A stretch of 21,548 nt of DNA. Origin: Chthoniobacteraceae bacterium (GTDB lineage: Bacteria; Verrucomicrobiota; Verrucomicrobiia; Chthoniobacterales; Chthoniobacteraceae). The notes beneath the pieces were generated by a model. The model was not told where the DNA came from. It saw nothing but the letters and a program-made list of their open reading frames with translations, and did not search any database. A program made the position numbers and the translations under genes. Positions within the stretch are counted from its first letter, which is position 1. Every line of letters starts with the position of its first letter. The stretch is taken from positions 1-21,548 of the forward strand of contig JANNWY010000001.1 in the NCBI GenBank assembly GCA_031409335.1, written 5' to 3'. Below, piece by piece: positions 8,041 to 18,600 of this stretch.

Positions 8041-9486
8041 CTAAATCTTCGCGCTCGAGTAGTCCCAGTTCTTCCGGTACGCGGCGCGTTTGATGAACTT
8101 CGCGGCTTCGGGCAATCCCACGACTTCGAGCTTGCTGGAGTTCCACTCGAGGCGCTTGCCGACCATGTGCATCGACAGGCCACCGATCAGCGTCAACTCG
8201 GTGAGCGGGGCCGAATAGTCGAAGTTCGCCATGAACGGGAATTCCTTTCCGTTCTTGATCGCGAGCGTCCATTCCTCCTGCGGATTCCCGGCCTTCGGAC
8301 TGCGTGGCAGCGACTTCGCGGGCGGGCTCGCGAGGAAATCTTCGCGCCGTTTCTTCGGCCAGATTTCCGGGTTCCGCGCCTGGTCCGCTTTGTTCAAAAT
8401 CGCGCCTTCGGTGCCGACGATGAACCAGCCGCCTTCGGTCATTTTTCCGGGTTCGACGGCGCCTTTGCCCTCCTTGTTTGCGGGCTTCCCGGGGAAGGCT
8501 TCGTTGCGGTCGATGGCCTCCGGCAACTGCGGCACGTACGGCGAGCCGTCCGGCTTTTTGCCTTCGTACCAATAGAGCACCACGTCGTCGTGATCCGAGT
8601 TCTTTGGAAATTCCATCTTCACGATCGCACCCGTGGGCCAGGCGATGTCCGAGATGTCATCGACCTGCGTGGCGGTGATGTATTTCGGCACGCCGAGGCC
8701 GAGCGCCCACGATGGTGCGTCGATGAGATGGCAGCCCATGTCGCCAAACGCGCCCGCGCCCCATTCGAGAAAGCCGCGCCATTTGAACGGATGAATATCG
8801 GGCGAATAATCGTGATCCGGCGTCGCGGCGAGCCAGAGCGGCCAGTTGAGTTCCTCGGGGATTTCGCCGGGTTTGAATGACACCGCTTTTCCCTGCGGCC
8901 AGATCGGCCGGTTCGTCCAGACGTGGACTTCCTTCACCTTGCCGATCGCGCCGGCGGCGATCCACTCTTTCACGACGCGGTTGTCGTCGCCGGTGTGGCC
9001 CTGGTTTCCCATCTGCGTGATGACGCCCTTTTTCTTCGCGGCGAGATGCAGCTCGCGGCATTCCCAAAGCGTGTTCACGAGCGGCTTCTGCACGCAGACA
9101 TGTTTGCCGAGCGCGATCGCGTGCATCGCCGCGGGGTAGTGCGCGTGATCCGGCGTCGAGACGGTGACGGCGTCGATGTTCTTCACCTCGTCGAGCATCT
9201 GACGGAAATCATGAAACTGTTTTGCGCCAGGATATTTCACCGCGAGGCGCGCGAGCGTTTTTGCGTCCACGTCGCAGATCGCGACGACTTCATTTCCTTT
9301 TGCCGCGCCGTCGAGATCGCTCTCGCCTTTTCCCCCGCACCCAATCGCCGCGATGCCGAGCTTGCGGCTCGCGGGCCCGCCTTCCTGCGCGAAAAGTAGA
9401 TTTGGCAGCACGATGCCGCCAGCAGTGGTGGCGGCGATGCCGCGGATGAACGAGCGGCGGGTGGAGTTGAAACGACGATTGGGCAT
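8041..9486 (-). CDS. Tat-exported Gfo/Idh/MocA family NAD(P)-dependent oxidoreductase
   Basis: Twin-arginine signal TRRSFIRG, Rossmann motif IAAIGCGGKG, STPDHAH, HVCVQKPL, TQMGNQG and GAFGDMGCHLID. Start at ATG 9486 follows a C/A-rich leader. Confidence 0.92.
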   Translation of the reverse strand: MPNRRFNSTRRSFIRGIAATTAGGIVLPNLLFAQEGGPASRKLGIAAIGCGGKGESDLDGAAKGNEVVAICDVDAKTLARLAVKYPGAKQFHDFRQMLDEVKNIDAVTVSTPDHAHYPAAMHAIALGKHVCVQKPLVNTLWECRELHLAAKKKGVITQMGNQGHTGDDNRVVKEWIAAGAIGKVKEVHVWTNRPIWPQGKAVSFKPGEIPEELNWPLWLAATPDHDYSPDIHPFKWRGFLEWGAGAFGDMGCHLIDAPSWALGLGVPKYITATQVDDISDIAWPTGAIVKMEFPKNSDHDDVVLYWYEGKKPDGSPYVPQLPEAIDRNEAFPGKPANKEGKGAVEPGKMTEGGWFIVGTEGAILNKADQARNPEIWPKKRREDFLASPPAKSLPRSPKAGNPQEEWTLAIKNGKEFPFMANFDYSAPLTELTLIGGLSMHMVGKRLEWNSSKLEVVGLPEAAKFIKRAAYRKNWDYSSAKI

Positions 9487-9682
9487 GGTGAGGTGGATGG
9501 GGTTGTGGGATGTGGTTAAAAACCGGCTCCTTGCCGGCATCGTGGTTCATTCACCACTGGGGCGAATCTTAGTCGTGAAACCCGCGTTGCATCCACTACG
9601 CAATGGCGCGCCGATCGCGGCGCGCTCGAAGCCTCTGTCCGCGATGCGCGGCTCTGCCGCGGGGTCCGGCGTGACGCTCCGA

Positions 9683-12600
9683 CTACTGCTCGCTGATTTT
9701 CAGGTGCAGGAACTGCCGCGGCGGAGTCAGCGGGACTCGGGCCTTGATCGTTTGCACGGTGCCGACGGTCGAGAGCAGTTGCTCATTGACGCTGACGGGC
9801 AGCCAGGAGGTGAGCGTGGTGCTTTGCTCGACGGCGTAGGTGAGGCCGCTGGCGGACAGATCCTTGCGGTAGGTGAGCGTGAGGAATCCGGGCTCGCTGC
9901 CGAGTTGCACGGGCGGGGCGGAAGGGCTTTGCGGATCGAGGCCGGCGGCGAATTCGAGGAGGTTTTTCACGCCGTCGAAATCGGCGTCGGCATTCTCGCC
10001 GCGGAGCGCGGGGTTGGAAATCGTGCGCGCGGCCCAGGTCGTGTAATTGTCGAGGATGGTGAGTTGCACGGTGTCGCTCACCGCGGTGCTGCCGCCGCTT
10101 TCCGCGGCGGTAAAGCGGAGCACGTAGATGCCGGGGATGCTGAAGGTCGCGTCGGTGTCGGGCGCGGCGGGCGCGGTGAAGGCCACGGTGCCGGGGCCGC
10201 TGACTTTGCTCCATGCAAAGGTGACGGTGCTCGCGGGGAAGCTGCCGTAGTTCACTGCGGCGCGGAGCACCGCGGGCGCGGCGGGCGTAAGCGTGACATC
10301 GACGCCCGCATTGACTGCGAAGACGGACGGGCCGCCGGGGCTCGGCAGACCGATGGCCTGCCAGCTTTCCTTGTCACTCCAAGTTTCGCGCGCGCGCGTG
10401 GCGTCGATGATTTCGAGTGAAGCGCCGCCGCCCGCGGTGGTGGGATACCAGCTCGACGAGTAGGCGAAATCCAGAATGCCGAGGCCGTAGGTTGGGACTT
10501 GGATGCGCACGTTTTCGCCGCTGTTGTCGAGCTTGCCGCTGGCCCATTGCGTGGCGGGGACGCCGGGGAATTGCGTTAGAAATTTCGACAGGCTCTCGGT
10601 GATGACGAGGTACGCGCCGGGCGCGAGCGTGGTGGCGGGGAAGGTGTGCGTGATGCCGTTTGCAAAGGTGACGCCGGTGAGGTCGAGCGTCGCGGTGGCG
10701 CTGATGTTTTTCAGCTCGATGAATTCGGCCCGCACAGAGGACGTGGGCAGGTACATCATTTCGGTGACACGCAGGTTGTTGATGAGCTCTTGCAGCGTCG
10801 TGGTTTGCGCGGGCGTGAAGGTGCCGTTGCTGAAGCCAGGCGTCGGCAGCGTGAAGTAAGCGAAGAGCGGCGCGCCGTCGGTGGCGCGGCCTTGCGACTG
10901 GTCTTCGATCTGCGGCACGACGGGAACTTCGTCGATGACGCGCCCGGCGGCGTCGGTGAGCGCGAGCGTTTCGTGGACGCGCGAGATGGAAAAATTGAGA
11001 TGGTTCGCGCCCTGCGTGGTGTCGCCGTCGGCGACGAATTTCACGAAGCCGCCCGCGCCGATGAAGCTGAGCGGCGCGATGGCGTGCTGGAGCGGAAAGT
11101 TGCCGAGGTCGTCGGTGAGATGCAGGCCGCCGAGCGCGACGGGTTTCGTGTTCGGATTGTAGAGTTCGAGGAAGTCGGCGGCGGAGACGATGAGGTTCGA
11201 GGAAAGCCACTCGTTGATTTTCAACGCGGTCGCGCTGCCGAGTTCGCAGAGCGCGGTGTTCGCGACGCCGAGCGTGGGCGCGCTGAGCGACCATGCGCCG
11301 GAGACGGGCGCGCGCGCGATGGTGAGGTCGGCGATTTGCGCGCCGAAAATCACGCTGTCGATCGGCGCGGTGCCGACGCTCGCGCTCGCCGGATACAGCG
11401 CGATCGTGTCGCCGTCGGCATTCAGTCCGAAGCCGATGTGCAGGCCGGGATTGGCGTCGGGGTTGTTGCCGTAGAGCAGCAGGTAGCCATACGCGGGGAT
11501 GATGGTGTTGGCGGGGAAGACGTATTTGCGCGGCACGGCGGGATCGTCGCTGACGCTGAGGTTGCCGACGTTCACGGGCGCGGTGCCGTAGTTGTACAGC
11601 TCGATCACATCGGGCCGCGTCGCGCCGAGCGGATGCGCGTTCACATTGCTGGCGAGGACTTCGCTGATGCGCACGGTGATCGCGGCGGGATCGACGATCC
11701 ACGTCTCAATCGTGGGCACGGTCTGCCACACGCCCGCGTCGTTTTTTCCAAGAACGGAAACAGTGTGCGCGCCCGCGCTGAGTCCGCTGAGTGTGAGCGT
11801 GGTGAAGGTGGAAGTCTCGGGACCGAACGGCGCGCCATCGACCGACGCGCGGTAGTGCGTGTAGCCGGATTGAATGAGGAACGACATGGACGGCCCGGCG
11901 ACGAGAGCCGCGCCAGTGGCTGGCGTGGGGCTCGCGGGCTCGCCGCCGACCACGATGCCCGCGGGAATGAGCGCGCCCCGATCCGCGCCGAGTGCGGTGG
12001 CGCCGATGGCCAGAGAACAAGACTGGAGCACGAATGCCGCGCGGACGGCGGCAGCGGTCGCGGTCGCGGGCGTGGAGATGAGCGCGAGATTCAGCATCGG
12101 ATCGCCGACCACATTCCCGCCGCCCGCGCCGGCCCATGCGACGGGCAGGTGGTTGTTGTTGAAGGTGACGAGCGTTTGCCCGGAGTCGTAGTTGCGCGTG
12201 AGTGCGGCGGCGTCCCAGATGATGTTGTCGCGCAAGCCGCCGCCCGCCGCGGGCGTCTCCGCGCCGTTCGCGAAATTCAGCACGGCGGACGCGGTGTCGG
12301 TGCCGCCGATGTGCGTGATGCGCGCGATCGTGTTGTGCAAAAGCACGAACGAATTTCCCTCGCGCATCGTGACGGCGTGATCGCAGTCGTAGAAAAGATT
12401 GCGCATCGCAGTGATGTCGCTCGTGTCCGCGCCGTTTGCGCCGCCGGAGATCGCGCTCGCAGTCGGCGCGGCGCTGTTGCGATGGCAGTGGAGGAACACA
12501 TTTTCCTCGATCCACGCATCCGCGCCATCGAGTTCGACGAGGTTCGCCGCGCCGCCGTTGAAGACGTTGCGCAGCACTTGCAGGATCGGGCCGGGGCGCT

Positions 12601-15600
12601 GGCCGCCGGTGAAATCGAGCGCGGCATTCGCGCCGACGGGCACGCCGAAAATGCAGTCGCGAATCACACCTTCGCCACCCGCCGCGAGGCCGGTGCCGGA
12701 GACGAGCGGGAAGGCGGCGGTCGCATCGGGGAAAGTCGTGTTGCTCACGACGAACGAACTGCCATCGAGCGCGAGGTAAGGCTGCGCGGTGTTGCGGAAA
12801 GTGAGGTGATCGAGCACGACGCGCGCGCCGGTTTGTGTGCGGATCGCGACTGCGCCGTTGTTGTCGAAGATCGTGTACGCGATGCGCGATTCCTGCGGGC
12901 CGTTGATGACCACGCCGCCCCATGCGCCGACCCCGGCGGGCGCTTTGGCAAAAACGACGGGCATATCCACCGTGCCTTCCGCGAGCAGGCGTCCGCCGCT
13001 GGCGATGGTGACGTTCACTCCGGCGCTGAGGAAGACGCTCGCGCCCGGCTGGATCGTGAGCGTCATCCCATTCGGCACGGTGAGATTGCTCGTCACGTTG
13101 TAAGGCCCGCCCGCCGCGGTCCACGTTTCATCCGCGGTGAGCGTCCCGCCTTCGATCGAAGTCGAGCCGTCGTCGTACACGATCTGCACCGTCGCGCTGG
13201 CGATCTCGACGTTGGCGGCATCCCACGCTTTACAAACGACCGCGTTCAAGCCGGGCTTGAGCGTCACCGTCGAGCCCGCAGTCCATGTGCCGGGGCTCGC
13301 GAAATTGCTCTGCGTCACGGTCACGCCGTTCACGGTAACTTTCGCCGCGAGCGCGGCGTCCATCGTTCCCGAAAGCTGCAAGGTGGTCGCGCTCGTCGTG
13401 GTCAAAAATCCATTTTGCAAAGCGAGCGTGCTCGTCGCGGTGAAGGTCTGCGGCAGCAGCGCGAGGATCGCCGTGCGCCGCGTGTCGAGGAAGGTCTTGA
13501 TCGCGGTCTGCAAATTTTCCGGCACGTCGCCGGTCGCCTGTCCGTGCGGCGCGGGGATCCAGTCGAGCGGCAAAAGATTGTCCACCGTCGCGTCGAAATT
13601 CGGCTTGGCGAAAACCGTGGTCAGCAGTTCGCGGAGCTGCGCTTTGTATTTTCGCGCGATGGTGTTGTCCTGGAAAAACCGCGTGAACACCGGGATCGTC
13701 GTGCCGCCGAATCCGTCGATGACTTGATAGATGCCGGTCGTCGCGGAGGTCGTCGTGTCGCCGATGGCAAAGCAGGTGTCGAAGTCGTGGCCGATGAGTT
13801 TGAAGCGCGGATCGAGCACGCCGCGATACATCGAGTAGTCGTCGTCCGCGCCATTGCTGATGTTGGTTTCGCGGTGATTGATGATCGTGCAAATCGCGAA
13901 CCAGCGGACGAATTGATCCACGTCCGCGACTTGCGAAATCGCCGGGAAATAGGCCGCGCCCGCCGCCGTGTCGGTGAAGGCGCGGAGTAGCGCATGCAGG
14001 TCGGTCCAGTCGTTGATCGTCGCGTTCGTTTCCTTGCTCCAGCCATCGGCGAGATAGCTCGCGATGTCCGGCGTGCCGACCGCGCCGCGCGGCGCCCACT
14101 TGGTGTCGGGGCGCACCTTCTTGTAGGCGTTGCCATCGGAGTCATTCGGATACTGCTCGCTGGCAAAATCCGAGTTCAGCGGCTTGAGGTCGATGTAGTG
14201 GGAAAAGCGGCGGTTGTTCTGATTGTCGGTCGCGTGGTTCAGGCCGTTGAGGCGCACCTGCACGATGGTCGCGTCTTCGCGCGCCAGGCCCGCGAGTTCC
14301 ATGAGCCGGCTGCCCATCACCTGATTGTAAATGTATTGCGTGTTCAGGTTCAGCGCGGTGCGGCTTTGCCAGTCGTTGTCGTGGGGAATGTCGAGCCGCC
14401 AGTTCCGCGGGCTGCGGTCGCGGCTGGATGCGCCGCGGATGCGCACGTCGGCGCTGTAGCGCACATCCACATCCGCGCCCTGCTGCGCGATGAAGGTCGT
14501 ATTCAGCGCGGCGTCGCTGCCGCTCGGCCAGTTTTCGAAACGGAAATTGATTTCATCCTGGCCGGTCATCACGAGGCGGTAAAACGGCCGCGTCCCCGTG
14601 TTGATTTCGGGATCGACCATGTAGAGGCAGTTCGCGCCCTGCGTGCCGCCGGCATCGGTCGGCGCGGGCCAGGTGCGGGTGAAAATGCCGTCGGTCACCT
14701 GCACGTAAAACTCGACGATCGTGTCCGCGGGAAACGCCGGAATGGTCGCCCCGAATTCCCCGTCGCCCGCCGCGCCGTCGCCGTGCAGGCCATCGTCAAA
14801 CATCGTCGCGCCCGCGAGGCTGGAGGGCGTGGAAGTCGTGTCGTTCGCGGCGGGGCGCGTCCAGGTGCGATACGCGACGAAAGCGGCCGGCGGTGCGAGC
14901 GACTCGTCCTTGAAGCGCGCGGTGACATGCACCTGCTGCGTCGCGGTCGGCAGTTGCGGCGTGTGTTTCACTTTGGAAATGAGCGGCGCGAGATCGGTCG
15001 AGGCGACCGCTGAATTCTCCGCGCCCGGCGTGGGCGCGGCAGCGGCCCAGTTCTGGCCGTTGTCGTGCGTCAGCGCGGGGTTGCGGAGCTGGAGCGACTG
15101 GCCGGTGCCATCCGCGCCGCTCACCCACGCCCAGCCGCTGCGTCCACCGAGAATTTCCTCGCGACGATCCGCCCAATCGCCCTGCTCGGAGTAATGCACT
15201 TCGTCGATTTTTCCGCCGAGCGCGTTGTCGATTTGGATTTGCTCGCCGCGATTGCTGAGCCCGCCGGTCCACGGGCCGGTGACATTCGTGACCGCCGGGA
15301 AGAGCGCCAAAAACGCGGGCACATCCGCCGCGACGACGAGCGCGCCGCCGCCCGCGAGCGTCGTGTCGGGAAACGTGAATGACACGCCATTCGTGAACTG
15401 CCAGCCCCGCACATTCACCGGCGTCGCGCCCGTGTTGCGAATCTCGATCCACTCGTGCGCGGGCAGTCCGCTCACCGCGTTGAACATCACTTCGCCAATC
15501 ACGATGGCGCGCTGGTTCTGGATGTTCAGCGTCACCGTCGTGTTGGCGGATTGCGCGGTGCCGTCGCTCGCGCGGTAGGTGAAAGTGACGGTGCCGCTGA

Positions 15601-18600
15601 ACCCACCGACCGGCGTGTAAGTGAAGGAGCCGTCCGGATTCCAATCAAGGGCACCGCTCGCGGGTGCGGCGACGAGGATCGCGCCGAGCGGCTGGCCATC
15701 GACTTCGATGTCATTCCCGAGCACGCCCTGCGCGGCGGTGGCGATGGTCGTTTCGTTGATCGGCATTTCGTAGCGATCCGCGACCGCGACGGGCGCGTCG
15801 TTCACGGCGGCGACGTTGATCGTCACCGTCGCATCCGGCGAAACGCGCGAGCCGTCGGAAGCGTGATACGTGAACGAGTCCGGCCCGTTGAAATCCTGCG
15901 CGGGCGTGTAGCTGAACGAGCCGTTCGCATTCAGCACGACCACGCCATGCGCGGCGTCGTCCACGAGCACGGCGATGAGCGGTTCGAGATCGGGATCGCT
16001 GTCGTTTTGCAGCACGCCGGTCGCGGCGGGAACGTTCAGCACGGTGTCTTCCGTCGCGGCATAAGTGTCCGCCAGCGCGACGGGCCGGCTGTTCACCAAA
16101 ATCGAAACCGTCGCAGGCACGGAGGTCTGCGTGCCATCGCTCGCGCGATACGTGAAAGTCGCCGTGCCCGAGAAACCCGCGGCGGGCGTGTAAAGAAACG
16201 AGCCGTCGGGATTCAGCGCGAGCGTGCCGCTGGTCGGGCCGCTCACGAATTGCGCGGTGAGCGCCTGTCCATCCACGTCGCTGTCGTTCAAAAGCATGCC
16301 CGCGTTTGCTGGCACGCTGAGCGCCACGCCGCGATCCGTCGCGTAATTGTCCGCGACCGCCACGGGCGCGTCGGGCACGTTGGTCACGTTGATCGAAACG
16401 ACCGCCGCGATCGAGTTCACCGCGCCGTCGTTCGCTTTGTAGGTAAAGCTGTCCGGCCCGAAATAGTTTCCGACCGGCGTGTAAGTGAACGACCCATCCG
16501 CCGCGAGTGCGACGGTGCCGTGCGCCGCTTGCGTGAAGAGAATCGCGGTGATCGGATCGAGGTCCGAGTCGCTGTCATTCAGCAAAACGCCGGTCGCCGG
16601 CGGCACGCTGAGCACCGCGTCCTCGGTCGCCGTGTAGCTGTCATTCACCGCGACCGGCGGGCTGTTCGCGCCGACGACCACGTTGATGTTCGCGGTCGCA
16701 TTGGAAAAGAGCGTGCCATCGCTCGCGCGATACACGAACGAATCCGGCCCGACGTAATTCGCGGCGGGCGTGTAGGTGAAAGTGCCGTTCGGATTCAGCG
16801 CCAGCGCACCGTGCAGCGGAGCGGTGATGAGCGACGCGGTCATCGCCTGGCCGTCGGGCTCGATGTCATTCGCGAGCACGCTGGCCTGCGCGCTCCGCGC
16901 GGCGGTGAGGCTCAGATTAAAGCTGACGTCCGAACTGGTGGAGCCGCTCTGATGCACTTCCACGGCCAGCACGTTCGCGCCTTCATTCAGCAGCGCCTCC
17001 GCATTCACGAGATTGACGGCGATGAAAGTGGACTCTTCGATCGCTGCCGCGTTCAGCGCGGGATCGAGGTAGCCCGGATCGTTCGTGAGCCCGTTCTGGA
17101 TGGCCGCGTTGCTGATCGCCGTGCCGTTGAGATACACCACCGCACCGTCATCGCGCAGCACGGAGAGCACGAGCGAGTTGAGCGTCGCCTTGTCGGTGAC
17201 GTTGAAGGTGTGACGGAAATACGTCGTGATGTAGCGCGTCGTCGAACCCGCCGTCGGCGAACCCGGCGTCGCGTCGTCCTCCACCACCGTCGCCTCGGGC
17301 CGTCCATCTGGGATGTCGCCGTAGCCAAGTTCCGCCGGGCCGGTCGCCCACGCGCCGTCGGCGAATCCGAATTCGCGCCACGCCGTGCCCTGATTCGAGC
17401 CATTGTCGCGATACTTCCAAACCGCGCCCGCCGCGATCAGCGTCTCCGTGCCGCCGCGCGTTGCCGCGAGGCTCAGGTCAAAGCTGACATCGCTGCTTGC
17501 CGCGTTTTCCTGATGCACTTCCACGGCGATGGTGTTCTGCCCTTCGACGAGCAGGTTCTGGCCGTTCACGAGATTCACCGTGAGAAAAATCTGGCCGTCG
17601 TCAAAAGCGTTTCCGGCTCCGAGATCGTAGGCTGGATCGTTCGGCAGCCCGTTCTGGATGGCCGCATCGCTGATGACCGTGCCGTTTAAGTACACCACCG
17701 CCCCGTCGTCGCGTTTCACATTCAGGATGAGATCGTGCAGCGTTGCCAAATCCGTGACGTTAAACGTGTGGCGGAAATACGTCGTGATGTAGCGCGTCGT
17801 CGAACCGACGGTCGGCGAGCCCGGCGTCGCATCGTCCTCGATCACCGTGGTTTCGTCGGCTTCACCATAGCCGAGCTGCGCCGCGCCCGTGCTCCAGCCG
17901 GTTTCGTCAAAACCCGGAGCGCGCCACGCCGTGCCCTGATCCGTGCCGTTGTCGAGATACTTCCAAGTCGCGCCCGCCGGGATCAGCGTCGTCGGCCCCG
18001 AGCCGCCCACCGAAGTCACGGTGAGCGCCTGATTTTTTAGCGCGGTGTAGCTATCCGTCACCGCGACCGGCGGATCGTTCACCGGATTCAGCGTGATCGC
18101 GACCGTCGCCGTGTTCGAGTTGGCCGCGCCATCGTTTGCGCGATACGTGAAAAAATCCGAGCCCGCATAACCCGCGACCGGCACGTACGTGAACGAGCCA
18201 TTCGCGTTCAAAGTCACCGTCCCATGCAGCGCCTGCGCGACGATCGCGGCGGTCAGCGGCTGCAATTCCACGTCCGTGTCGTTGAGCAGCACGCTTTGCC
18301 CGGCCGGCACATTCAGCGTCACGTTTTCCGTGGTCGTGTAGCTGTCGTTCACCGCCACCGGCGCGTCATTGATCGGATTCACCGTCAGCGTCACCGTCGC
18401 GATGTTCGAGTTCGTCGCGCCATCACTCGCGCGGTAGGTGAAGGAATCCGGGCCGGCGTAGTTCGCAGTTGGTGTGTAGGTGAACGTCCCATTTCCCGCG
18501 AAGCTCAGCGTCCCGTGAGTCGGAGACGTCTCCAGGATGGCCGTCACCGCGCCGCCCGTGTCGTTCGCGAGCACGCCGAGGTTGCTCAGCGGCTCGACGC

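Noticed and set aside
9518..9537. Attenuator-like hairpin CCGGC-AAGGA-GCCGG-TTTTT upstream of the oxidoreductase (- strand)
   Set aside because: The stem is only 5 bp, and no leader peptide, antiterminator or riboswitch motif is evident.
10646..17689. Very long + strand ORFs (10646-13990, 1114 aa; 15455-17689, 744 aa) and similar antisense ORFs over other genes
   Set aside because: They are shadow frames of GC-rich genes, Arg/Gly/Val-rich with no recognisable motifs, and lie opposite a well-supported CDS.
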